Shown in pieces: positions 9,719 to 18,590 of a DNA stretch of 64,000 bases. Within the stretch, counting starts at the first letter, position 1. Each line of letters opens with the position of its first letter. The notes beneath the pieces were generated by a model. The model ran no database searches. It saw nothing but the letters and a program-made list of their open reading frames with translations, and was not told the DNA's origin. Location of the stretch: contig CAWIUH010000007.1 of the NCBI GenBank assembly GCA_963839255.1, positions 86,280 to 150,279 of the forward strand, in the 5' to 3' direction. The DNA comes from an uncultured Acidimicrobiaceae bacterium. Its GTDB lineage: Bacteria > Actinomycetota > Acidimicrobiia > Acidimicrobiales > RAAP-2. The position numbers and the translations under genes were made by a program.

Positions 9719-10749
9719 TAGACCACCTTCGCAATCTTGAGAAAGTCCCCGTAAAAGATGCCGAGTCCGAGCATGGCGCTGAGTCCGGCCAGTATCCAAA
9801 ATCGTACGATGACCGTGGTCTCGGGCCATCCCAGCGACTCGAAGTGGTGTTGCAACGGTGCGATACGAAAGACCCGTCGCCCAAAGACCCGGTAGCTGAT
9901 GACTTGGATGATCACCGACAGGGTCACGGTCACGAACAGGCCCCCGATGATGGGTAATAAGAGGTCGAGATTCATGAGGAGACACAGGGCGCCAAGTCCC
10001 GTGCCGATCGCCAGGGAACCGGTGTCGCCCATGAAGATGCGCGCCGGTGCGGCATTCCACCACAGAAACCCTAGACACGCCCCGACCAGGGCGACTGCGA
10101 CGAGACCGAGATCGAGCGACGCGTGAAGCCGGTAGATGTCGAAATGACGAAACTGCCAGTAGCCCATCACGGCGAGAACACCAAAGGAAAACGTGGCCGA
10201 ACCGGCGGCGAGTCCGTCGAGTCCATCAGTCAGGTTGACGGCGTTCGACGTCGCGATGATGATGAAGGCCGCGAGGAAGAACCACCCCGCCGACGTCAGC
10301 TGCCACCCCGGGAGAGAAAACCGAGTGAACGACAACTGCGTGGACGTGTGGACCCAGGTAAGAGCCAAGAGCGCGAAGACAGCCGCGATGACGACTTGGC
10401 CGATCAACTTCCCGCGCTTGTTGAGACCCAAATTACGCATGTTGCGTATGCCGAGATAGTCGTCGACGAAGCCGAGAACTCCGGCGGCGACGATGGCGAG
10501 AACGGTCAGAATCCCCGAACGGGTAAAGACGACCGACGTCCCGATGTGGCCCATCCCGTAGCCCAAGAGTGCGGCGGCGACAATGATGGCCCCGCCCATC
10601 GTGGGGGTGCCCACCTTGTGCTGGTGCGTCGGACCGTCCTCGCGGATGTGCTGAAACAACGAGTGGGCCTTTAAGAACCGAATCCACAGCGGCGTAATGA
10701 AGATGGCGAAGAGAAACGCCACCCCGCCGGACTCCATCAGACTCAGCAC
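9718..10749 (-). CDS. mraY: Phospho-N-acetylmuramoyl-pentapeptide transferase
   Basis: KVGTPTMGG, GFVDD, NAVNLTDGLDGLA, FMGDTGSL, APLQHHFE. Confidence 0.97.
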   Translation of the reverse strand: MLSLMESGGVAFLFAIFITPLWIRFLKAHSLFQHIREDGPTHQHKVGTPTMGGAIIVAAALLGYGMGHIGTSVVFTRSGILTVLAIVAAGVLGFVDDYLGIRNMRNLGLNKRGKLIGQVVIAAVFALLALTWVHTSTQLSFTRFSLPGWQLTSAGWFFLAAFIIIATSNAVNLTDGLDGLAAGSATFSFGVLAVMGYWQFRHFDIYRLHASLDLGLVAVALVGACLGFLWWNAAPARIFMGDTGSLAIGTGLGALCLLMNLDLLLPIIGGLFVTVTLSVIIQVISYRVFGRRVFRIAPLQHHFESLGWPETTVIVRFWILAGLSAMLGLGIFYGDFLKIAKVV

Positions 10750-12155
10750 GATCCACTCACTCCCAGAAGTTCCCGGGCCACGGCCCGGTCGTCGAAGGCC
10801 AGTACGAGATCGCCCACCGTCTGGGTGGCCTCGTGGCCCTTGCCCGCAATCACGACCACGTCGCCGGCTTGGGCCACGCCGAGAGCTTGGGCGATGGCGG
10901 TGCGCCGATCGCTTAGGCGAATCACTCGTGCGCCCGCGACGAACCCCGACACCACAGCATCAATGATGGCATCTGGCTCCTCGGATCTGGGGTTATCGGA
11001 GGTCACGATCGTTAAATCCGACCCCAGCGTCGCGATGCGACCCATCTCGGGACGCTTCTCGCGGTCCCGGTCTCCCCCGGCGCCAAAGACTGTGATGAGG
11101 CGGCCCTCGGGTTGAAGGGCGCGCACGTCTCGCAACAGACGCTCGAGGCCATCGGGAGTGTGGGCGTAGTCGATGACCACGGTCACGCCCCGGCCGTAGA
11201 TCATGTCAAAGCGACCCGGCACGGAGTTCACGCCGCTCATCGCCGAGGCGATGGCGCCGTCGTCTTCGCCGAGGGCGCTCATGATGGACATGGCCATGAG
11301 CGCGTTGTCAACGTTGTAGTCGCCCACCAATGGTGAGTTGACCAAATGACCGCGCCAAAAGTAGGTGGAACCCCGCAGCGAGTTCACGACGTCGTGGGCG
11401 TCAGCGCGCCCCACGCCCACCACCGGCAGCGACGTCATCTCAGCCAGTCGAACGCCGTAGGCGTCGTCGGTCCAGATGACCGCACGCTTGGCGTACTCGC
11501 TCGTGAAGAGCGACGCCTTGGCCTCGAAGTACCTTTCCATCGTGTCGTGGTAGTCGAGGTGATCGTGGCTGAGATTCGTAAAGGCGGCCACGCAGAAGCG
11601 CAGGCCGTCCACCCGGTGCTGGTCGAGGGCGTGACTGGACACCTCGAGGGCGACCAGGGAGTTCGGGTGCGCCGGATCAAACCCGGCCACGGCGCTCGCG
11701 AGCGCGCGGTAGAGCTCGGGCGGTGCGGGCGTGGTGCGCTCGTTGGTCAACGTGCCGATACTCGACGCGTTCCACTCCAGAGCGCGGGCGAGTGACGCGA
11801 GGATCGTCGTGACGCTGGTCTTTCCGTTGGTGCCGGTAACTCCCACCAACGTCGTCTTGGTTTCGGGGTGCCCGGTGATTGTGGCGCTGGCGTGCGAGAG
11901 CAGAGCGGGCAGTTGCGATGCTGGCACGACGATGACCGGCGCGTCCAGAGACACGGCCACGTCGCCCACCACGCACTCAGCGCCCAGTGCCACCGCTTCG
12001 CGCGCGTAGGCCACGCCGTGCTGCTTGGCGCCGGGCATCGCGAAGAAGAGGGCGCCGGGTCCGCACACCCGCGAGTCGATCTCCACGCGATCTATCTCGA
12101 GGCTGCTCGTCACTACGTCCAGTGACACGTCCTCCAAGATGTCCCCGAGTTGCAT
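10743..12155 (-). CDS. murE: UDP-MurNAc-Ala-Glu--meso-DAP ligase
   Basis: VTGTNGKTS, EVSSH, HLDYH, DYAHTPD, DNPR (DAP-specific motif), AGKGHE. Confidence 0.96.
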   Translation of the reverse strand: MQLGDILEDVSLDVVTSSLEIDRVEIDSRVCGPGALFFAMPGAKQHGVAYAREAVALGAECVVGDVAVSLDAPVIVVPASQLPALLSHASATITGHPETKTTLVGVTGTNGKTSVTTILASLARALEWNASSIGTLTNERTTPAPPELYRALASAVAGFDPAHPNSLVALEVSSHALDQHRVDGLRFCVAAFTNLSHDHLDYHDTMERYFEAKASLFTSEYAKRAVIWTDDAYGVRLAEMTSLPVVGVGRADAHDVVNSLRGSTYFWRGHLVNSPLVGDYNVDNALMAMSIMSALGEDDGAIASAMSGVNSVPGRFDMIYGRGVTVVIDYAHTPDGLERLLRDVRALQPEGRLITVFGAGGDRDREKRPEMGRIATLGSDLTIVTSDNPRSEEPDAIIDAVVSGFVAGARVIRLSDRRTAIAQALGVAQAGDVVVIAGKGHEATQTVGDLVLAFDDRAVARELLGVSGSC

Positions 12156-13984
12156 CAGGTCACGTCCGAGGAGATGGCGGCCGCACCCGTCAGGGGCTTC
12201 TGGTTGGCGCCGGTCGAGGGAATGCCGTAGTGGTGCAGCGCGTAGGACATGACCTCTTGGAACACGGGGGCAGACACCGAACCTCCGTAGATGTCGTTGA
12301 GGGGGCGTTGAATCACGACAATCATGGAGAGTATTGGGTTGTTCGCCGGGGCGAACCCCACGAAAGTCGCGTTGTAGTTGTTGGTCAGTTGGTCCTTGCC
12401 GGGATAGGGAATGGTCGCAGTTCCGGTCTTGCCCGCGACTTCGTAGCCCGGGATGATGGCTTCGGTGCCGGTACCGTCGAGCACGACTTGCTCGAGCATC
12501 TTGATCATGGTGGCATCCACGCTCGGTGAGAGAACGACGTGCGTGGCGCTCGGCGGCGTCGCCGTCATGGCGCCGCCGGGAGTGACGTCGGCGCGCACCA
12601 GTTTGGGTTCGACGAACACTCCCCCATTGGCGATCGCATTGTAGGCATCCAGCACTTGAATGGCCGGAACGGCGTCGACCTGCCCGATCGGCAGCGCCAC
12701 CTGGTCGCTCGCGTACCAGTCCTGCGCATTGATCAGGAGACCGGGCGTCTCATCGGGAAAGTTGATGTCGGTGGTCTGCCCGAAGCCGAGTCGCTCGACC
12801 TGGGCCAGGAGCCCGGACTCGCCCACCCGCTCACCGATCTCGTACGTGCCGATGTTCGAGGACTGGGCGAGAATCTCGGTAGCGGAGAGCTGCTCAAGCC
12901 CGTGGTTCTCGGCGTCGTGGAAGTAGCGTCCGCCGACCACCACCGAGTTCGGCACGCTGAAGACGGTGCTGGGGGTGATGTCGTCGTCTTGGAGGGCCGC
13001 CGAGAACGTGACGGCCTTGAAGACCGAGCCCGGTTCGTAGGCCTGGGAGAAGGCGAGGTTGTTGATTGTCTGATCGATGCCCGCGACTCCCACACTCTTG
13101 CCCCACGAGGGGACCGGACCCAGGTCCCCGGCCGTCGTCTTGGTATTCACCAACGACGCATCGGCGAGTATCTGACCGGTCTTTACGTCCATGACGACCG
13201 CGAGACCCGTCAATCCGTCCTCCGCGCTGAGTTGCTGGGCGAGGTCGCGCTCAGCGACGTACTGCAGCGAGGAGTCGATGGTGAGTTCGAGACCCACACC
13301 CGGCTCAGCTTTACGAATTACCGTCGCGGTCGACGCGGGCAGGCTCACGCCGGAGCTCGACACGTACTCGCGCGTCACGCCGGTCTGGCCGGCGAGGAGT
13401 TTCTGGTACTCGTACTCGAGGCCCGTCGTCCCCGCGCCCGAGGCGTTCACGCCGCCGATCAGCGACGTGGCCAGCGTGCCGTCGGGGTAGGTGCGAACCG
13501 ACGAGTTCTGCACCACGATGCCGGGCATGTCGAGAACCGAGACTCGGCGTCCGTCGTTCAGATCGAGCGCGTTGTTCACCACGACGTAGCCACTCTTGCG
13601 CGAGAACAACGCGCTCAGCGTCGCCACGGGCATGTGGACCAGCGAGGTCAACGCCTCGGCTTCGCGCAGGGGATGGGCGATCTGAAAGTCATCCGCGATC
13701 ACCAAGGACGTCGGTCGCGATACCGCCAGCGTCTGGCCGTAACGGTCGTAGATGCCCCCGCGCAGGGCGGTCGTGGTGAGGTTCTCGCGGACTTGCTCGA
13801 CCGAGAGACTGGCGTAGTGCTGATGGTCGACGACCTGGAGAAAGAACAGCCGCACGCCCAACGCACAGAAGGCGGCCGCGAGCACGGCGCGTACGAGCAA
13901 CAACCGACGCGGCCCGGGAGGGCGACGAGGGGGTGTGCGGGGCGGTTGCGTGCGATGGTGGGTCGAGGTTGCGTGGACGCTCAC
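12155..13984 (-). CDS. ftsI: Class B penicillin-binding protein FtsI
   Basis: RGGIYDR, YEPGSVFK (SxxK), SSN, KTGT. Confidence 0.95.
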   Translation of the reverse strand: MSVHATSTHHRTQPPRTPPRRPPGPRRLLLVRAVLAAAFCALGVRLFFLQVVDHQHYASLSVEQVRENLTTTALRGGIYDRYGQTLAVSRPTSLVIADDFQIAHPLREAEALTSLVHMPVATLSALFSRKSGYVVVNNALDLNDGRRVSVLDMPGIVVQNSSVRTYPDGTLATSLIGGVNASGAGTTGLEYEYQKLLAGQTGVTREYVSSSGVSLPASTATVIRKAEPGVGLELTIDSSLQYVAERDLAQQLSAEDGLTGLAVVMDVKTGQILADASLVNTKTTAGDLGPVPSWGKSVGVAGIDQTINNLAFSQAYEPGSVFKAVTFSAALQDDDITPSTVFSVPNSVVVGGRYFHDAENHGLEQLSATEILAQSSNIGTYEIGERVGESGLLAQVERLGFGQTTDINFPDETPGLLINAQDWYASDQVALPIGQVDAVPAIQVLDAYNAIANGGVFVEPKLVRADVTPGGAMTATPPSATHVVLSPSVDATMIKMLEQVVLDGTGTEAIIPGYEVAGKTGTATIPYPGKDQLTNNYNATFVGFAPANNPILSMIVVIQRPLNDIYGGSVSAPVFQEVMSYALHHYGIPSTGANQKPLTGAAAISSDVT

Positions 13985-14421
13985 CGAATCGTCCTTGACG
14001 TCGCCGGTGCGTAACTACTGAACTTCGGTAGGGGCAGAGGCGCATCAAGAGACGTCGAGGGAACTTGCGTCACCGAGGTGGGATCGACAAGATGCAACGC
14101 TCCGGCCTTCGTCGCGATCTGACTGGGGGCGGAAAGATTGGAAAGTGAGCCGACCTGTTCGGCGTACGTCGACTGATCCTGGAGCAGTTGACTCTGCAAC
14201 TGGTGCATCTCGATCTGGCGATTCGCCTCGAACATGGAACCGGCAAGCGAGATGCTAAGCGCGACCACGACAATGATGGACGCGCGGCGCGCGGAGGAGG
14301 ACGTGCGCCAACGGCGCACCGCCTCGGCGCGCCGCGGCGTGCTTTGAGCGGGAAGGGAGCGGGCCGGACGGCTGGGAGCCGGACGAGTGTCGACGCGCCG
14401 CGGGAAACTAATGGTGCTCAC
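13981..14421 (-). CDS. ftsL: FtsL-like division protein
   Basis: Basic N-terminus, one TM, coiled coil, A...L.L motif; between rsmH and ftsI. Confidence 0.75.
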   Translation of the reverse strand: MSTISFPRRVDTRPAPSRPARSLPAQSTPRRAEAVRRWRTSSSARRASIIVVVALSISLAGSMFEANRQIEMHQLQSQLLQDQSTYAEQVGSLSNLSAPSQIATKAGALHLVDPTSVTQVPSTSLDAPLPLPKFSSYAPATSRTIR

Positions 14422-15359
14422 GTCGTCACCTTGCGCGCAATACGCAGCCGAGCCGAACGCGCGCGGGGATTACCAGCGACCTCAGCCACGCCAGCCAACT
14501 GCGCGCTGTTCTTAAAGACCTGCACTCGCGCCACCGCGCCACAGACGCAAGGCAGTCCGGGAGGGCACGTGCACCCACCACTCTGCTGGTCGGCCAAGAA
14601 CGCCTTAACGACACGGTCTTCGCCCGAGTGATACGAGATAACTGCGAGGAGTCCGCCGACGCTGAGCGCGTCGAGGGCAGCGCCAAGCCCGCGTTCCAGT
14701 TGGTCCTCCTCGGTGTTCACTTCGACGCGAAGTGCCTGGAATACCCGTGTGGCCACGTGGCCCCGTCGACGCGCGGCCATCGGCACGGCGCGTTCGACGG
14801 CTTCGCTCAGTTCGAGCGTCGTGCGAGGCTGACGTTCGACGATCGACTTGGCGATCCCTCCCGCGAATCGACCTTCCCCGTGGTGACGGAGCAGCCGTGC
14901 CAGATCATGGACGTCGACCCGTGAGAGGTAATCGGCTGCGGACTCCCCCGTCGTGGGATCCATCCGCATATCGAGCGGCGCGTCGACCCGAAAGGAAAAT
15001 CCCCGCCCCGGATCATCGAGCTGGTGCGATGAGACGCCCAGATCCATCAGCACACCGACCAGCGCGTCGGCACCCAGGAATCCCGACTCGCGTTGCAGCA
15101 CGTCATCGACCTCGGCGAACGTGGCATCAACGACGAGAGCCCGTTCGCCGAAGGGCATGAGACGCGAGGTGGCTTCTGCGCGTGCGTCGGGATCACGATC
15201 GATGCCCAGCAGTCGCAACTGCGGCGCGCTCTCTAGTATCGCGAGCGCGTGTCCCGCGCCGCCCACGGTGGCGTCAATGACGACACCCGCGGGAAGACTC
15301 GAGAAGAGATCGACAATCTCGCTTTTGAGCACGGGTTCATGAAAACGGTCGGGGGCCAT
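14418..15359 (-). CDS. rsmH: 16S rRNA m4C1402 methyltransferase RsmH (MraW)
   Basis: HEPVL, DATVGGAGH, DLGVSSHQLD, PLDMRMD, SYHSGEDR, NPRARSARLR; an in-frame upstream ATG also exists at 15476. Confidence 0.96.
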   Translation of the reverse strand: MAPDRFHEPVLKSEIVDLFSSLPAGVVIDATVGGAGHALAILESAPQLRLLGIDRDPDARAEATSRLMPFGERALVVDATFAEVDDVLQRESGFLGADALVGVLMDLGVSSHQLDDPGRGFSFRVDAPLDMRMDPTTGESAADYLSRVDVHDLARLLRHHGEGRFAGGIAKSIVERQPRTTLELSEAVERAVPMAARRRGHVATRVFQALRVEVNTEEDQLERGLGAALDALSVGGLLAVISYHSGEDRVVKAFLADQQSGGCTCPPGLPCVCGAVARVQVFKNSAQLAGVAEVAGNPRARSARLRIARKVTT

Positions 15360-15360
15360 C

Positions 15361-15437
15361 CGCAGCCTTTCAATCGCGACAGGTGACGAGAGGGCGGAGG
15401 AGGTTTCCCGCTTCCCTGTCGCGATTGCCAGGCTGCG
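15361..15437 (-). ncRNA. Long hairpin in the rsmH leader, resembling the actinobacterial mraW RNA motif
   Basis: Arms CGCAGCC/GGCTGCG and CAATCGCGACAGG/CCTGTCGCGATTG with a C-rich loop AACCTCCTCCGCCC, immediately 5' of rsmH. Confidence 0.7.
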
Positions 15438-15475
15438 CGTGGTCCGCGGCCGGTACTGCTGAGAGAGCGTGGCCA

Positions 15476-15895
15476 TTAGTCACTGCCCTGCTTAAACATC
15501 TCTTCTGCGGCATTGACCTTCTCCATGTAGGTCGCCGGATTCCACAGCTCAACGTGGTCGATGGCTCCCACCACCAGGACGTCGCCGCTGAGCTGTCCGT
15601 AGTCACGAATCGCAATCGGGAGCGCGAAGCGCCCTTGCTTGTCGAACTCAACATCCGAGGAGTTGGCCGACCAGTAGCGCATCTGCTGACGCTCCGCTGC
15701 ACCACCCACCCGGCTCTGGCCGAGTCGCTCTTCCATCTGTCGCGAGAACTCACCGGGGGTCCACAACGCGACGCAACCCTCGGTGTTGGGACTGAGGTGA
15801 CCGCCTCGTTCGAACTCGCTGCGAAACTTCGCGGGCAGGATGAGTCGACCTTTGGCGTCCAGCGAATGCTGAAACTGGCCCACAAAGCCGAGCAT
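15476..15895 (-). CDS. mraZ: Transcriptional regulator MraZ
   Basis: Two DxKGR/DKQGR AbrB-like repeats, HVELWN; GGAGG RBS. Confidence 0.97.
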   Translation of the reverse strand: MLGFVGQFQHSLDAKGRLILPAKFRSEFERGGHLSPNTEGCVALWTPGEFSRQMEERLGQSRVGGAAERQQMRYWSANSSDVEFDKQGRFALPIAIRDYGQLSGDVLVVGAIDHVELWNPATYMEKVNAAEEMFKQGSD

Positions 15896-15912
15896 TTTGG
15901 TCCTCCCGCTAG

Positions 15913-15970
15913 GTCCCCACTACTCCCCACTTCGTGACACATTACACCACCATCTACCACTACTCACCAA
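15913..15970 (-). promoter_or_regulatory. MraZ-binding direct repeats
   Basis: GTGG-like boxes at exact 10-bp period (plus strand ccac at 15917, 15927, 15947, 15957; acac 15937; ccaa 15967). Confidence 0.85.
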
Positions 15971-16047
15971 AAAGAAGCCGTTTTGACGAAAAAGAGTGAC
16001 GAGGTCGCCAAGGGTTGTGATGAAGCGATCAGGTGTTCGTCGACGAG

Positions 16048-16701
16048 CTAAACGAGGGGGTGCAACTGAACATCCCAGGGGGAACTCATCGCCACCAGTT
16101 CGTTGACCAACCCGTCGCGATCAACAATCGAAAGCGACGGCTGAGTGTGGTGATCAAGCGCTTCAGCGAGTCCGTCGGGTACATCTACGAGGAAGCCCAG
16201 AACGTCGGTCGTCGCACCCGCGGGCAAGACGGTCGAGACGAAGACTCCTTCGCGAACCCGCCACTGAGTAAGGCCCACGGCCTTGCGGTCACTGACGAAG
16301 ACTTCGCCGGGGCCCCGGCCCGCAAAGCACACCACCCGGTGCGCGTCAATTCCCTCCAGGGCACCCGAGTGCACACTCACCGGTTGGGCCGTTCGCGCTC
16401 GAAGAGCGGACGCCCACCACGACCCCACGAGCAGTGAACTTACGCGCACGTCGTAGCTCCAGCGCGCGTCGTCGTGCGGGATCCACCAGTCGATCCACAG
16501 GTCGTTCGGGCGCAGTAGAACGAGTCCTCCCCCGCCCCGACGACGCCGCACCGGTGTGCGTGACACCGAAAGCGGACTCAGGGCGCTGCGCGACTGATGA
16601 CCGCCGAGCACCAAGGTGGGCGTCTCCACGCGTGCGACGTACACGGTGGCGACGTCTCGTCGGCGCAACGCGTCGTAATCGTAGAGGTCCTCGTCCCTCA
16701 C
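16048..16701 (-). CDS. Biotin/lipoate A/B protein ligase family protein
   Basis: TLVLG.HQ, RRRGGGGLV, CF...GPGEV, RKAVGLTQ; GTG 16701 overlaps HNH stop. Confidence 0.8.
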   Translation of the reverse strand: MRDEDLYDYDALRRRDVATVYVARVETPTLVLGGHQSRSALSPLSVSRTPVRRRRGGGGLVLLRPNDLWIDWWIPHDDARWSYDVRVSSLLVGSWWASALRARTAQPVSVHSGALEGIDAHRVVCFAGRGPGEVFVSDRKAVGLTQWRVREGVFVSTVLPAGATTDVLGFLVDVPDGLAEALDHHTQPSLSIVDRDGLVNELVAMSSPWDVQLHPLV

Positions 16702-17204
16702 GAAGCGCGAGGCAGGTATGGCGCCCAGAGCGGATCCGGATCCGGCACGTGGCGCCATCGCCACCAGGGGCCGTCGGGCACCCGGGGCTCAAAATGCATG
16801 CGCCAGCCGATCTCCTCCAAGAGTCGATCTCCCTTTTGCATGTTGTGGTGCCGACACGCGGCGACCACATTCGTCCACTCGTGTCGACCGCCGCGCGAAC
16901 GCGGCACGACGTGGTCAATGGTGTCCGCGTGGTCGAGACAGTAGGCGCAGCGATAACTATCGCGTAGCAGGAGCGATCGCCGGGTCAGGGGCGGGGTGCG
17001 AATCTTGCTCGGCAGCTTCACCATCTCGTGCAGGCGCACGATCGCGGGCACCTCGATCACCAACGATGCGGAGCGGCATACCGCAGGCTCCTCGGGGATC
17101 GCGATGGCTTCGGCACGGCCCGCGAGCATGAGTACCACCGCTCGTCTTTCCGACACCAACTGCAGCGGTTCAAATGTCGCGTTAAGTAGGAGGACGCGCG
17201 ACAC
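16698..17204 (-). CDS. HNH endonuclease (actinobacterial McrA/HNH_5-like type)
   Basis: VLLLNATFEPL, RDSYRCAYC, TIDHVVPRSRGG, NVVAACRHHNMQKG. Confidence 0.9.
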   Translation of the reverse strand: MSRVLLLNATFEPLQLVSERRAVVLMLAGRAEAIAIPEEPAVCRSASLVIEVPAIVRLHEMVKLPSKIRTPPLTRRSLLLRDSYRCAYCLDHADTIDHVVPRSRGGRHEWTNVVAACRHHNMQKGDRLLEEIGWRMHFEPRVPDGPWWRWRHVPDPDPLWAPYLPRAS

Positions 17205-17212
17205 GAAGAAAC

Positions 17213-17467
17213 CTACCGTTCCGACTTTTGTCGATTTGACCATTTCGAGAACTCGATCACGTCGATCGCACTCGTCGTGCCCGTTGATGAACCCGTGGCC
17301 GTGACGACACGAAATCGCCAATACGCGGCGCCGGGTACGGGTAGAAACGGAGGCCGGTGCCACCACCCTCGCCGACGCAGACGCCACGCGGCACGCACAA
17401 CAGGTGGAAGGTCACGCGGACGGCGTGCGAAATGTGCCGAGAGTTCACGCATCGAGATCCCCGTCAC
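17213..17467 (-). CDS. Small hypothetical protein
   Basis: GWWHRPPFLPVP..YWRFR..TA.G looks protein-like; co-oriented and fills the gap. Confidence 0.6.
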   Translation of the reverse strand: MTGISMRELSAHFARRPRDLPPVVRAAWRLRRRGWWHRPPFLPVPGAAYWRFRVVTATGSSTGTTSAIDVIEFSKWSNRQKSER

Positions 17468-17579
17468 GATGCCCCCCTCGGATGCGAAGGATTAACGTGG
17501 CGCGTGCGAGCGCCCAACCGAGTTACTCGCGACTTAGGTCTGTCGCCCGGAGACGCGCCGCGCGCGCCTCCGACCACGT

Positions 17580-17963
17580 TCATTCGCTTTTATGGCGGTG
17601 ACGCGACAACCAGTCGCGGAGTGAGCTGGTCCGAGGACCGTAGCTCGCTTGGGCGTCGTCGCCCTGGCCTCGGGTGATGTCTTGCCAGGACGCGCGACCC
17701 AAAAGACGCGCGTTGCGCTCAACGACAACGGCCGACACGAACATCAGCGCGACGCCCACGAGTCCGAGGAGCACAGAACGAGAAAAGAAAAAGACGAGGA
17801 TCGCGAGACCGGCGATAAACCCGGCGACACCCCATCGCACACGGCGACCGCTGTGAGAGTAGATATTCGTTTCGCGGACGTTCTTCGCGAACCGCGGATC
17901 CTGCTTGGACAGCGACTCTTCCAACTCGGCGAGGATTCGCTGCTCGTGCTCAGACAGAGGCAT
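17580..17963 (-). CDS. DUF3040 family membrane protein
   Basis: MPLSEHEQRILAELEESLSKQDPRFA plus two TMs; AAGGAG RBS; usual neighbour of mraZ in actinobacteria. Confidence 0.9.
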   Translation of the reverse strand: MPLSEHEQRILAELEESLSKQDPRFAKNVRETNIYSHSGRRVRWGVAGFIAGLAILVFFFSRSVLLGLVGVALMFVSAVVVERNARLLGRASWQDITRGQGDDAQASYGPRTSSLRDWLSRHRHKSE

Positions 17964-18074
17964 CGCGACTCCTTTCCGCTGTTCCTTAGCGTACTTTACC
18001 GTTTTCCCCGTAGTATTCGCACGTCGCGCGGGGCTATTTCGCTCGTGCCCACGTAAGAATTCCCTAGGAGGAAA

Positions 18075-18581
18075 GTGCCCCCGACCGACGTCCGCGTCGC
18101 CACGATCTGCACCGGAAACATCTGTCGCTCCCCCATGGCAGAGGTCGTCCTGCAACAGCTCGTCGCCGCGGATCCCGACTTGGCCGGTCACGTGACTGTC
18201 ACGAGCGCCGGTACCGCCAACTGGCATGTGGGAGACGAGATGGACCCCCGAGCACGCCAGGCGCTCGAGCGCGCGGGCTACACCCGAACTGGATCGCGCG
18301 CCCTGTACGCCAGTGCGGACTACCTCAACGACCAGGACGTGGTCGTCGTCATGACGCGCGAGCACCTGGCGAGTGTGCGAGAACGCCTCACCAACCCGGG
18401 CACCGAGGTTCTGTTATGGCGACAGTTGATCGATCCGAGAAGCGAACTCGATGTGGCCGACCCGTACTACGGCGACGAGCGACAGTTCGACGACTGCCTC
18501 GGCGTACTCGCGCAAGGCGCCGAGCACCTCATCGACCGGCTGCGGGAGCTCGTTCTGACACCCATTGATGAGCCTCAGTAA
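18075..18581 (+). CDS. Low molecular weight protein-tyrosine phosphatase
   Basis: CTGNICRSP, SAGT, DPYYG. Confidence 0.93.
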   Translation: MPPTDVRVATICTGNICRSPMAEVVLQQLVAADPDLAGHVTVTSAGTANWHVGDEMDPRARQALERAGYTRTGSRALYASADYLNDQDVVVVMTREHLASVRERLTNPGTEVLLWRQLIDPRSELDVADPYYGDERQFDDCLGVLAQGAEHLIDRLRELVLTPIDEPQ

Positions 18582-18590
18582 GTTGACAGG

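Noticed and set aside
7230-10078. Long N-terminal extensions on MurG and FtsW (also Wzm, DUF3040, HNH) suggesting fusions
   Set aside because: The ORF caller took the farthest start; the extensions overlap upstream genes, and better starts coincide with stop/start overlaps
16698-17204. HNH gene as a restriction, Cas9/IscB or homing system
   Set aside because: Short stand-alone actinobacterial type with no RuvC motifs, methylase, array or intron context
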